NCBI GenBank assembly: GCA_003693705.1 | Contig: RBZT01000373.1 | Span: 67,861 to 131,860, forward strand | Direction of reading: 5' to 3' | DNA: 64,000 nt | Source: Polymyxa betae A26-41 | Taxonomy: Eukaryota; Protista; Endomyxa: Phytomyxea | Shown: piece by piece, positions 38,767-51,629 of the stretch | Layout: each line of letters starts with the position of its first letter | How positions within the stretch are numbered: the first letter of the stretch is position 1 | Translations under genes and position numbers: made by a program | The notes under the pieces: generated by a model | The model's database searches: none | The model's input: only the letters and a program-made list of their open reading frames with translations | Told to the model about the DNA's origin: nothing

Positions 38767-39697
38767 TTACAGTTGTACTGGCTCATCCAGGAAGTCAAGT
38801 AAGATCTTATCGAGTCGCTCAGATGATTCTAAGCGATTATCAGTGCAAATGAAGCAATACAACAATGCCCAGATTACCTGAAAACAAATGTCTTGATGCT
38901 CTATATGATCTATCTGTAGTAGAAGCACGCAGCCCTAAGCTTCTGCTTGTATCATTCTCCATCTTGTCATACTTAGGTCTATGGGTCATTATATTGTCGA
39001 TAGCCCAAGGAGGATGTCTAATATCAGTTGGAATAGGGTCTTTCGGCGGCTTCATCAGCAGCGAGCGGATATTGAACCGCTTTGGAGAGTCTTCGTCGTC
39101 ATCTTGATAAGGGTCGTGCGACTGACGCCAGAGGGATTCCGATTCGGATTTAATGTCTTTCTTCTGCCCAGCCTCATATTCAGCGATTAGACGCTCTTCC
39201 TTCATCCTGATCTGCTCGTTGAGATCTTCGACCATTTTTCGATGCAGGTCGGCTTGCGACAATTTGGTGTCGTGGATCACGTGCTCTCCAAGACGACGAA
39301 ACAGGCCTGCATCGTATCCACCACCTTCTGTTTTCTTCTCTTGTAACCTTCGGTCCAGGACTGATTTCACCTGTGCATCTAACTGATACTTATAACGTCG
39401 TTGCCGCTCCCTGAGCTTCTCCTTTTCTGGACTATCAGGATTACGTTGAAGTACGAGTGCAGTTTGGTTCTCTGGAGGATCGGTAGAAACAGCAGCGCCA
39501 AACAGGTGGGATTGTCGATGCTTTACAGTGATTTCTTCGAATTTTTTCTCGATTGTCGCTTGCGATGATGGACTTGATGCATTTGAAGGCCAGGCAGCAC
39601 GGCTCAATGGATCGGTCACTTTACTGGCAATCTCAAGCTTTCGCTTCCAGAAGCGATGTGTCTGGCGTTGGCCACGTAAATCTATTAGCAATCCCAT
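38767..39697 (-). CDS. Coiled-coil protein with CSPP1/CCDC66-like repeats; start uncertain
   Basis: RQRRYKYQLDAQVK and EDLNEQIRMKEERL repeats; a last exon after an intron reads ESSERLDKILLDFLDEPVQL*. Confidence 0.5.
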
Positions 39698-40229
39698 ATG
39701 GATAAAACAAGTACGACTGAAGCAAGTCGCACGAAGCCGCATGGTCTCATAGAGCGTTGGCACGCGCATGCCAAGCCGTACTGGAGCACGAGCTCTGATG
39801 TAGTTTTGCCCTGCTTTTTCTTTCGATTGTATGCAAATAAGGATTGTTTTGACAGCGCAAGACATTTTGTTTGGCTCGCTCCAAGCCCATTAATGCAGAT
39901 GCAATCAAAAAATCTGAAATCATGTTTCAGATCTGTTTTGGGCAAAATTCTTGCTCCTAGTTGAAGGTTAGTTATCAAGGTTAGTGCATTGTTGAGAATC
40001 AGCTAAATACATTGAATGTTTCAACGCCGCTGGGTAACATGAGTAGGCAATACCTTCTATCAATTACGATTTAATTTCTATAAAAGCGACCAGCAGAATG
40101 AAATTGAAGCCTGTAACTGTAAAAGGGAATCGGCGATTGGTTTTAAAAAATCCTCTATCAGGGTGACCATTCGCGATCGTCATCATCCCGAATTTTCTCA
40201 GGTGTAGCGGTTTTCATCGTTCTGCGCTG

Positions 40230-40871
40230 TTGAGGGAAAACTTCGCAAGCGTTGCAGGAGGCAGCCGACATTCTTGCGAACATTGCGCATTCGGACTACG
40301 GGCAGTCATCTGGGACGATTTTGCGAAAGTTTCCAAGCGGGATCCCTTTTGGTCATTGATTCTTTTGACCTCTGACCGTCGCCTTCTTCTGATTTTCACT
40401 TCGTGTGCGGGCCTGTTACATTTCAGGCCAATTCAATTGTATGCATTGCTTTCTGTCTGTTTGATTTTTGGAATTTATTGGAGATCTGTAGGAATGATGC
40501 CTGGAATTCGAGGGCATGTCATGTATAACAGCCACATGCTCGCTCTAATGGCGATCACATACGTCTCGCAATGCATGCAAGGCAAATTGCAAAATACCCA
40601 GTTTTTGGCATTCGGCGCATTCCTAGTGTATCTGCTAGCCATTGCTCTATCGTCATCAAGACCCTCATACAGACTCAAGCTGCTGTTATGGATCGCGTTT
40701 TATTTAATCGATTCTACAACGAACTTCTACATGAATGACCTTTACAGCGACGTGCAAAAGAGGTCTCTCTGTTTCGCAAGAAGTTTGGTGCCTAATCAGC
40801 TACCAGTGATAGAGAGGTATTGCCAGTCACTACAAATGGATGTAGGAATGAAAGCGCTCGCTCATCAATAA
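40230..40871 (+). CDS. Multi-pass membrane protein of unknown function; 5' exons unresolved
   Basis: 213-codon ORF with about 5 hydrophobic segments preceded by H...CEHC; splice acceptor at 40201. Confidence 0.5.
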   Translation: MRENFASVAGGSRHSCEHCAFGLRAVIWDDFAKVSKRDPFWSLILLTSDRRLLLIFTSCAGLLHFRPIQLYALLSVCLIFGIYWRSVGMMPGIRGHVMYNSHMLALMAITYVSQCMQGKLQNTQFLAFGAFLVYLLAIALSSSRPSYRLKLLLWIAFYLIDSTTNFYMNDLYSDVQKRSLCFARSLVPNQLPVIERYCQSLQMDVGMKALAHQ

Positions 40872-41207
40872 AATCATTGACTGGCACAATAACATGTCAC
40901 ATCGAAGTTTAGCTTAAAGGTTCTCAGCTGTCGACAGTCATGCTGCATGATAACGCGGGCAGACGTAAGCTCAGCTATTTGGCCTCATTGTAGGGCAAAT
41001 GGCATTGCCTGTTGAATAACTGGCATTGAATCAGGAAATGCAGCACCTGATGAACCATGCCTCCTGTTCGGAAGATGTGCAGTTAATTGATATCGACTCT
41101 GTTTTACTCTTGACTTGAAAGGAGCAATGAACATCGCAAACGCGATCGTGAGTCAACAAGTTTCCAGGTAGCCGCTCTTCCGTGTTGTGAGCGAAATCTC
41201 ATAGGCA

Positions 41208-42354
41208 ATGCGTTTGAACAAAAATGGCAGCTTCGAGCTTACCAACCGAGATATTCAAGCATTGGGGCTTTCATTTCTGTCCTCTATGACGACACTTGCG
41301 GGAGCGATTCTGGCTTTCGCCTTGAGTCGAAACGATCGCCGATTGATTGCTGGCGTCTTAGGCTTGGGGGCAGGGGTTATGGTTCGTAAACTTTGATTTT
41401 TGGTTTGATTCTCAGTGATGTCCATTCTTAAGATTTATGTCGCTTTCCTGGAGCTTTTGCGAGAATCTCGCAGCGACTTTCGTGAAAACAATACTATGTC
41501 AATGGCGCTGCTGCTGAGCAATGCTTTTTTCTTCGCTGGCATTGCTTTCATCGGAGTCGTACAATGGATATGCAGCTATCTTCAACGACGCCATGAAAAC
41601 AAAGAATGTCACGGGGAATGCAAAGATTGCCTTTGTGAAAGTCCCCACGCAGGCAGTTCGGAAACCGCCCGCTCTCACAAGAAGCTTCCACAGACCGTGC
41701 ACAGCTCAGAAGCTGCTGACAGAGATGTCGCACACGTTGTCTTTAGCACAGAACCTGAACCTCATCGCAGAACACGGAAACTCCCAATTTCGATCATTCT
41801 CAAAACGCTGGCTGGAGCATGTCATAATATTCCTGAAGGAATGAGCTTGTTTATCATTGCTGTTAAGGACCCAGCCCTTGGGGTGCCTATTGCTGTAAGC
41901 ATCTGGATAATAGTTCACAATCTATACCCTTTGTTTAAATGTGCCTTCAGTTAGCAATGGCTGTTCATAATATACCTGAAGGCCTTGTCACTGCAATACC
42001 TTTCCATTTTCATACTGGCAGCCGATGGAGAACACTTGTTTGGATGCTACCTTTCAGCATGGTGGAATTTTTCGGAGCATTAATCGCTTGGGCTTTCCCT
42101 TTCGACTCGTTCAACACTGATTTTCAGGGAGCGGTTTCAGCTGGTGAGACCGATTTCGTTCATGAGAGACGTATGCTAAATGCTGTTCAGTTACTGCTGG
42201 GATGATGATCCATGTAAGCATCACCGACGTTTTGGTGCAAACCAGGAAGCACGACCCAAAGGACCATATTGGCCATGCCTGACTGTTCTTTGGCATGGGC
42301 ATTATGGCTTGGTGTTTGATCTGCCTAGAATATATCAGAGAGCCTCACGAATAA
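41208..42354 (+). CDS. ZIP-family (ZupT-like) metal transporter (4 exons)
   Basis: LGLGAGVM/IYVAFLELL, two HNIPEG motifs (TM4/TM5) and a Cys/His-rich loop; last exon ends EYIREPHE*. Confidence 0.9.
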
Positions 42355-42754
42355 GGATTCCCATCCTCACCTTTCTTATATCGATAAAAACTCTGTTAAT
42401 TTACCATTACTTTCGGATTGCAGTACCCTAGCGTTTTCCAATCGTCCCCGCTAACCACACGGTCAGACTAGAATAATGTTCGACTGAACATCGAGACCCT
42501 CATTAGATGCTGTTTGATAGAAATGATAAAGATGGAGGCTCCTCTCTACCTTGTCATCTACTGTAGGTGTGAACTGAGCGCTAAATGAAAAAGGAGCGGG
42601 AGAGCACACAGCAGGAATTCTTATAAAGAGAAAGATGATAGGAACTGACCTGCTTTAAGACTGTCATATTTGCGATATGGATTGCGCCCTACATTACATT
42701 ATCACAATACAATTCTGTCCAAAGGATTATCAGGTTTGAGGCGATCTTATTGCA

Positions 42755-44640
42755 ATGCCCGATATTTCTGTGGCCATGGACTGCGACGATCCTGTAGTGT
42801 TGGCGCTGTCCATAAATTCGATTCAAGAGCTGGATCGCCTGTATCAGCAGCATATCGCAGAATTATGCTCGGGAGCGGAGAATCCAGGAGTCGATCGTCA
42901 GGTTCAGGCGGTTTTTTGTCTTGCAAGTCAGTTGAATATCGAAGCAAAAGAGCTCGCTAGAATTCTTGTCGGCATCGGCCGAATTCCAGTCGTCATTGCT
43001 GCTGTATCTGTTGTCCAAAGTGCTGAATTTGTTACATCTCTTGTTTTGAATGTATTGCAAAACCAGTTGCAAAATATGTTCAAGAGTCTTGCCTCAGCTT
43101 TCCGTCCACTAGGTATAACATCTTTTCTTTTGTTGCACTTTCTTGACACTCTATTCAGTTATTGACGCCTTACTACAATTACCGGATGATATCAAAGCAT
43201 TGGCTGTAAATTATTGCGAATCATTGCTTTCAGAGCGACTGGCAAGATGTGTACCAGTATTACCCCAATTCTTTCTCTATTCCATATTCGAATCAGAGTC
43301 ATGTTTCGAGATTATGCTTGAACGCCTATTTCAATCTGGGCATGACATTACAAAGTTCGCTGGAGAAGTGCTGGATTGGCTGTCAAAGGCTGACGAAAGC
43401 AACAACGAGCTTGACGAGAAAAAAGTCGTAGCAGCGTTCCCTTTACTCGTCAAATATGCCACACATGAAAACGCTGCTGAGTCCGCGTTCTCACAACTTT
43501 TGCTTGTAGAGATCGGCAAGACCAGTTGCTTCAGGGCACTTGAGGCTATCATAGCTCTAATCAAATATACACCATGTCATGACAAACAGAATCTAATCGT
43601 GGATGCCTTTCTGGAAACAAGAAGTAAGGGAAAAATCTCTCTTCATGCAATATTCTCTTCACGGTTATTTTCTCCTCTAAGTCCCTCTTCCCTCATTCTG
43701 TTAGTCTTAAAAATATTTTCTGCATATCTTCCGACCGTTTCTTCTCCCGACAGCGACAAACTCTGGATGTGTCTCATGTCCTTACTCTCTCGCAAGGATC
43801 CCGAAGTCTTAAACTCAGCTTTAAAAGCTCTATTTAAGCTGCCCATTCCAGCAGTATCTTTGATGAATTGGCCAGCAACGCTATCGTTACTGGATCTCCG
43901 AAAAGAGTTCGTCTTTGAATCTAAAACGAATGCGTTGCGACTGCAAAATATTGCCATTATTGAAGCCATTGTGCTGAAGTTATGCTCAACGCCTGACGTG
44001 TTAATCCTTACTATCACAAAGGTTTTTGAACAAGTTGTCGATCACGGCTCTGTTTCCACTTACAGTGGCTGCTATGATATCGACTTCCTGCAGAGGCTAA
44101 TTTCTTCTAAAGGAGACCATGAGCAAAATATGGAATGTTTGTATAAATTAATCAAAAGACGCTTTCAAATCAGTTCAGGATTGATGTCGACATCCGATAT
44201 CAACTCAGTTCTTAAGTACAATTTCACTCAGAGCGACGTTGATGTAATCACGTCTTTGGAACAAAATCCTTGGCTGCTTGACATATTCTGCTTCCTCCAG
44301 GATATGTCGCAGATCAGCGACCTTATTCGAGCAATTTTGGTTTTCCAGATTCGCAACTGGAGCCGCCCTTACAACATGAATCTGAATGTTCGCAGATCGC
44401 GAAGGATTCTTCGGTTGTTGAGCCGTTTGCATCAACAATCACCACTCGTCATGCAGAAAATTGATTGCAGCCTTATCATCCCTTTTATTACACCTGCAGA
44501 AGCTATTTCTCTGTTGATCAAAATTTTAGAGAAAATTATCCGCGATTCACAATATGACGAATCGAAGGCAACCGATTTAGTTGAACGAATCCTCTTCAAT
44601 AATATCCATCGAGGTCCTCTGGCAGAATTACTACGCAAAG

Positions 44641-44657
<17 letters not shown>
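42755..44657 (+). CDS. Hypothetical ~620-aa Leu-rich alpha-helical (HEAT/ARM-like) protein (2 exons)
   Basis: Intron 43113-43158 joins the 136-aa and 504-aa ORFs in frame; amphipathic helical composition; no recognised motif. Confidence 0.7.
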
Positions 44658-45971
<1,314 letters not shown>

Positions 45972-47180
45972 TGATGACAATCGCCTGGTGTGGAGAAGCT
46001 GTGCACTCTATGCACTTCTGCGGGCTACCGCTACGACATCCACTTCACGGCGTTTAGCAATGCTGGACGATCTGGAGTCGAATTGGACGATTGTGTATTG
46101 CAAAGTTCGATCTGTTGGTCAAGACACAATGGTGGCAATAATAAGAAGATGCGGAAGACAATCTACTGTCTTCCTGACTCTGCATCGAAGGTGCTGTATT
46201 TCCGATTTATCGGATTTCGCGAGGCTAATTATACAAAGACTATGATCATGCATGTTTATTCGTTTTTTGACACCGAGGCTTGGAATCAAGGAGCAAATGG
46301 ATTTAAAAACGGTAAATCTAGTTCGGAACGTTCGGCTTCTCACTAATTAATTCCGAATCTACTGTTGTGAATCAATTCTGACTTCATGTGGGTTTCCAAA
46401 CTTCAAGTCAAATACGACCAATTAGTACGCTGTCAATTCTCTCTGGAACTATGTTGAACTAAATGCAATGAAATCCGCATCCTGAAATCCGATATGAGTT
46501 GGTGCCCATGATGATTCATTTCTCAATACGCTTGTGGTTGGTCGTTGGTTTGTCCGTTACCATCTACTACAGCCTTATAGTAAAGCTCATCTGCCTGTTG
46601 AAATCCCTATTGTTTCGGCGTGGCCTGCAAGAATCACTACTGTCATAATGAGTGAATGACACATGAGATGTATCGTTTCCCGATCAATGAAGGGTTCTCT
46701 TTTTCTGCTTTCTCATTCTTCAAGCGTTATATTGTCGATTGACCTGGCCATTGTTCTGCCCTGAAGCTCTCGTATCACTGCGGAACCTGACGATGAAATC
46801 CCCCATCTCCTTTTCGAGTTAAGTGTGGATTCGATCTGCCATGGAAAACCTGGATGTAGAAGATGGGTTTATTCCTCGCATTACCAGGTCCCACGAAGAC
46901 AAAAACGACTTGAGAGGCGTCGAATATCTACTTGATGAAGCGTGATTACCGTATAGATTCACTACCCTACTGCCGACCTGCAGAAACCGGCCAATGCTGA
47001 CGAAGGGATCGGTTTCACCTAGGTCATGCAACGATGAAACAATGCAATTTTGCCATGTCGTAAAGACCAAGAGCTCGACAACTCTGCACAGTCCTGCAAA
47101 GATTAGTTTAATCACAAATTGCTGGGTTTAACAGCATACGGCTTTATAGTTTATGTTTTGTTTCCGTTTTCGTCCTGCAT

Positions 47181-47786
47181 TTATTTCGACGCTTCCGTAT
47201 TGAAGACGCCCAAGTCGACGTTCCGTGTCAGCAGATTTCGAAAGTCTTCAAGACCGATCTTGCCATCTCCGTCTGCGTCGGCTGTTTCGATGACGATCTT
47301 GATATCCTCATCGGTAATCTCACCGAAGCCCAGCTGCCCGAAGATGTTCTTTAGTACATCTATATTGACAAACCCGGTAGCCTTCGTATCATAGATCTTC
47401 AACATTCGTTAGCTGCTGCCAACGAAACAATCGTAACCGACTTTGAATGCTTCCGCAACCGGGTCAAAATTGCTGATCATATTATCAGCCAACATCTCGT
47501 ACAAATCGTTAAAGGTCAGCTCGTGTTTGTTATTCATCAATAAACGTAATTCGCGATTCGGCAGGTTTTTATAGAAGATAGGCAGGCGCGCCTTCAGGTC
47601 GTCCATCGTCAGGTGCCCTTTCTTATTAGCATCGAAGAAATCGAACGCCTGCTGTAATTCGGATTTGCTTACAGGGATTCCGGTCGTAGCGACAGGCGCT
47701 GTGGCATTCGCTCGCCGGGCCGATACCGGATGCACCGGTTTCTTTGTTTTCTTAGCAAGGCCACGTTCGCGAGCTGTTAACGACAT
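47181..47786 (-). CDS. Calmodulin/centrin-like EF-hand protein (2 exons)
   Basis: ELQQAFDFFDANKKGHLT, EAFK/IYDTKATGFVN, DADGDGKIGLEDF. Confidence 0.9.
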
Positions 47787-48022
47787 TAAGGTACCGATCG
47801 AATAGGGTCCTTAGCAGGATCTTTCTCAATTTTGTCAACATTTGCCATCCAAGTCAAAATATCGCATTGCACTAAACGGAGCAGTTGTCATTTAATGCAG
47901 AGAGCATTTCTCATCTCATTGAACAGCGATGTTCCGGAGCCTCAGGAGACATGACTCATTTTAATTCCGCCTGAAAATCCGATGGCTGCCGGTTCAATAT
48001 CGTTCAAATCTCAAAATTTGTG

Positions 48023-48232
48023 ATGTCTCGTTACCAAGCGTGGCTACTTATCGGCATCGTCGCCTTGCTCATGGCAATGATATCAGCCGGTACACCCCAG
48101 TATGAGGACGAAGATGACGACGTCACCGAGTTCGACCCGGGATATGCCGACAAGGTTTACATGTACGGGTGGTTCCGAGAAAGATACTACCGTCCAAACC
48201 CCAAAGATCGAACGCCGTCGGCGTCTCCATGA
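48023..48232 (+). CDS. Secreted hypothetical protein (69 aa if unspliced; may be the first exon of a longer gene)
   Basis: Signal peptide MSRYQAWLLIGIVALLMAMISA followed by acidic YEDEDDD; possible intron at 48155-48206. Confidence 0.55.
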   Translation: MSRYQAWLLIGIVALLMAMISAGTPQYEDEDDDVTEFDPGYADKVYMYGWFRERYYRPNPKDRTPSASP

Positions 48233-49416
48233 CATTTCCCGTCGCCGTTGCGGTTGCCATATCAGTGGCCGTTTTGATGATTCATTAAAAAGCAACAGGT
48301 TTAAACACTAGTTTTTGAGGAGGCTGTTGAAGGTTGTCTATTGGAGCAATTTCCAACATGGCACTTGCTACCGGTGGCGAAGATCCCGGTTGTTCCGGTA
48401 ACAAAGAGAAAACATCAGATGATGTCGTCTCGCTCATTGTGTCAATTTCTGCCTATGGCGGTGCAGTAGGATCTTCGTTAGCGATTGGTGCTGGCGAATT
48501 TTATGGCGCTGGAGCGATATCGGCAGGTGCTGACCAAGATTCTGGGCTTAGACCAATTGTAGTGACGTCTCTTCTGGTCCAGCACTGGCTGGGCGAGACT
48601 ACTTGTAGCGACCTTCAGGACTAGAGCTGGCTGGGCAATACAATCATACAAATCTGTTCGAGGCATTTTCGTTTTTTGCCTGCCGCACACTGTAATCCTT
48701 TCTTGGTCAAAAAATTGATTGTTGGCCGAAAATTGGTCAAAAAAAGTGCTATCGTCACTGTCGTAGACTCGTAGTGTTGTTGACTTTGCGTTGTAACAGT
48801 GGTCTCTTCGATAGAACTGGGCTCGAGATCTGTTGAAGATTCGGCTGGGCTCAGTTTTCTCTCGTCGAGCAATGCCACCGAAAAGGAAAAAGCTACACGA
48901 TTGAGGCCAAGTTGGGTGTATGAGAAGGGGACCTCTGGCAAAGGGCTTTCTGCAATTGCCAAGGAGAATGTGCACGGCACGTAGAAATGGCGACGTCGAA
49001 ACGTAGTTGGCAAAATTACAAGCAAAGTTGGTGGTTTCCATGCGATCGCTGCCAGAGATTCTGGACATCACTGATTAAACCTTTTTGGAAAACGTGAACA
49101 AAGTACTGCCGCTAACTGAGCTGGAACTTTATGCCGTCTCAATCAAAGAAAATTGGAATGTTTTATGTCCGAACCAGGATCTTTTTTCGTTTTTTCTACT
49201 CCAACATCAACAAAACATTCAGTTGATACAAATTAAACGGTTAATTTGGAGTCCTAATGCTGTCGTAGTTGTTAATTGAAGCAAAACTTACTAATTATAC
49301 AATTTACTTATCATGCCGGTGTTTTATTTGAATAAAACACGATGATTGTATTCTCAAAGTGATTATGCATTTGGATGTTTCAAGAACCTTTCAATTTACT
49401 GGAAAATCTAGAAAAT

Positions 49417-50213
49417 TCAATTAAAACACCATGGTGCTATTTCGGTTAAGACGGTATCGGCAGGAGGGCTGGTCGTCACCGATGATGAGATGTCCTTGAT
49501 TGCGATCCATTTCCTGACCAGCTGCTCGAGTTTGGGCGGGTTGGCGCCGCGTAACTCGTCGATCACGACACCGTTTCGGAAGAAGAGGTAATGTGGCGTC
49601 GGATGGTTAAAACCTGCATACTAAATCATGTCAGATTTCAGGCTAATAGCTGAAAAGCGTTTTCCAACAATTCAAAAAATGCAACTTCATTTGTTGAATG
49701 TTCCTCCAATGAAAGTTTCGAAATAGAAACAGTCTAAACCTTCTCTAGATAGGGTATTGTCATATCCAGCTGTTCTGATATCTCATGTTCATTATCAGGT
49801 TCTTGAGGCTCTTTGGCAGCCGAACCAGGTCCAGCGCTATCGCCATCAGCACCACCAACGCCTTCTTCTTTCGGCTTCTCCCCAACTGCAAGCAATCAGG
49901 GCGCTGGCAAACCCCAGCCAACAGGTTAACCTTTGGTTTCCTGCTTCTTCAGGGCGTCTTCGGCATTCGCAGCCGTCTTTTCGTCCTCTAGTTTGGAGAC
50001 GTTCACAATGGCCCAATGAACCTCATCGGCCTGGCCCTGATTATCAAGATTGGTCGTGAGTTCATCGATAAACGGGAACATGTTCTCGCAGGGGCCGAAA
50101 TGAGGTGCGAAGATCTCGGCTACAAGCAGGATGGGCTTGGCAACCGCCGCCGTCCATTCCTCGATATCCTTAATGTAGACCTGATTGTCGCGCTTCTTTC
50201 GCGCTTTCGACAT
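49417..50213 (-). CDS. Thioredoxin-like protein of the axonemal dynein light chain/NME8-type, with an acidic insertion (3 exons)
   Basis: QVYIKDIEEW...LLVAEIFAPHFGPC; after the insert, PTPHYLFFRNGVVIDELRGANPPKLEQLV. Confidence 0.75.
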
Positions 50214-50255
50214 CACGATCGAAATGTCGTACTACGATCACCCAGCACAGCCAGG

Positions 50256-50280
50256 GGGGTCATGGGGTCATGGGGTCATG
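50256..50280. repeat. (GGGGTCAT)x3 tandem repeat in a 165-bp bidirectional intergenic region
   Basis: Read directly; followed by C-runs at 50284-50297. Confidence 0.9.
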
Positions 50281-50378
50281 CTGCCCCCCCTCCCCCCGCC
50301 ATTTGGGATCTGGATTCATGACAGCACGGTCAGCATAGGGTTCGCATTCTGAGCTCGCAGTTGGTCTGCTGATTGACC

Positions 50379-51201
50379 ATGATACGATTGTTGATGGTCA
50401 CCGGCCTGGTCGCTGTCGCTATCGCTGGCCACGTTGTCGAACTGACCTCGGATAGTTTCGAGTCTCTGACACAGATCAGTACTGGAGCGACTACTGGTGA
50501 TTGGCTCATTAAGTACTGCTGAATCTGTCAGTATTATATTGGGTGATAATACGAATGCAGATTCTATGCACCCTGGTGTGGACCCTGCAAGAAAATAGCA
50601 CAAGTTATATCGAATTGCAAGTTTGAGAATCTCGTGCTTAAAAGTGCCAAAATCAGGAATGGGAGAATCTCGCTCAAAATCAGCATGATGCAAGAACAAG
50701 AGGAGACATTGGAGCTCCGGTCGCCAATATCGCCAATGTGAATTGTGATGATCATCCTGGTATTGCTTGACTTGAGTTTACCATTCGTGTTTCTGATCTT
50801 CATTTTGAGATGTTTGCAAGCGATTCGCTATCAAGGATTTCCCAACTTTTCTGTTCTTCCAGCAAGGATTGATGTACGAATATATGGGCGCACGAACTGT
50901 TGCTGATTTCGAGAGATTTATTGATGGCGGCTATAAAGATGCAACAGGAATCTTGATACCGAATCCTCCGAGTATTTCCAATACTATTCAAGATGGTATG
51001 TTGGATTTCTCTTAGTTTTTCCAATCCCGATATCGAACGTCTCGTATAGGTCTAAAAGCGCTCTCGTTGCATTTAAGAGACTCGTTCACAAATCGCTCGC
51101 TCGCCTTTTTCATTCTTGTTTTAGTCGTTGTCAACATTGTGATTTTCCGGTCTTGCTTCAAATTCCGTCGCCACTCTATTCACGACAAGAAGGTCGATTA
51201 A
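50379..51201 (+). CDS. TMX-type membrane-anchored thioredoxin, paralog B (WCGPC; 5 exons; absent from the ORF track)
   Basis: MIRLLMVTGLVAVAIAGHVVELTSDSFESLTQISTGATTGDWLIK/FYAPWCGPCKKIAQ/EWENLAQ...NVNCDDHP/DVCKRFAIKDFPTF...YMGART, then a TM segment and KKVD*; collinear with the gene at 9067-9962. Confidence 0.9.
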
Positions 51202-51629
51202 ACAAATCAGTGTATTAGACCATACTTTGAGAACTTGAAAGATTTCAAAACGTCTCCAGATCTGTTTCGTTTTGGGTTCTCTCTTGTAGTTGTTGCTTTG
51301 ATTAATTGGCAACGAGGTGGAAGTTGATGGATCGTCAACGTGTTGTGCCTCAGGTAGCTTTCGGTATCCAATATCAGCAGTTTTGGTTTCAAATGCAGTC
51401 TGATTGTATTACCTCTCTTGTGATCCCGTTCATTAAGAATTTCCTTCTAGTCCTCTATTTGCATTTAATAGAGTTCTTCCTCCATTATCCCACATCCATG
51501 CTGTAGTACTGGTATTTGAGCATGTCGGAAGACGAAGGAATTGCTTAAATATGAAAATTTGTTTAAAAATTTGGATTTTCTCAGAAGCCATGATTTGACA
51601 ATTTTTGAAACCACTTTAATAGGATGATT

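Noticed and set aside
45988-47115. Possible plus-strand multi-exon gene divergent from TrpRS
   Set aside because: Could not assemble a consistent spliced frame or recognise any motif.
48285-48620. Minus-strand Pro/Ser-rich frame with internal TAA/TAG, and a similar MEEELY*MQIED* frame near 51410-51485, suggesting stop-to-Gln recoding
   Set aside because: Conserved genes here end in TAA/TAG/TGA and have no internal stops; these are more simply antisense shadows or decayed sequence.
50316-51024. Minus-strand ORFs of 127, 79 and 74 aa
   Set aside because: Antisense to the spliced plus-strand TMX paralog B.
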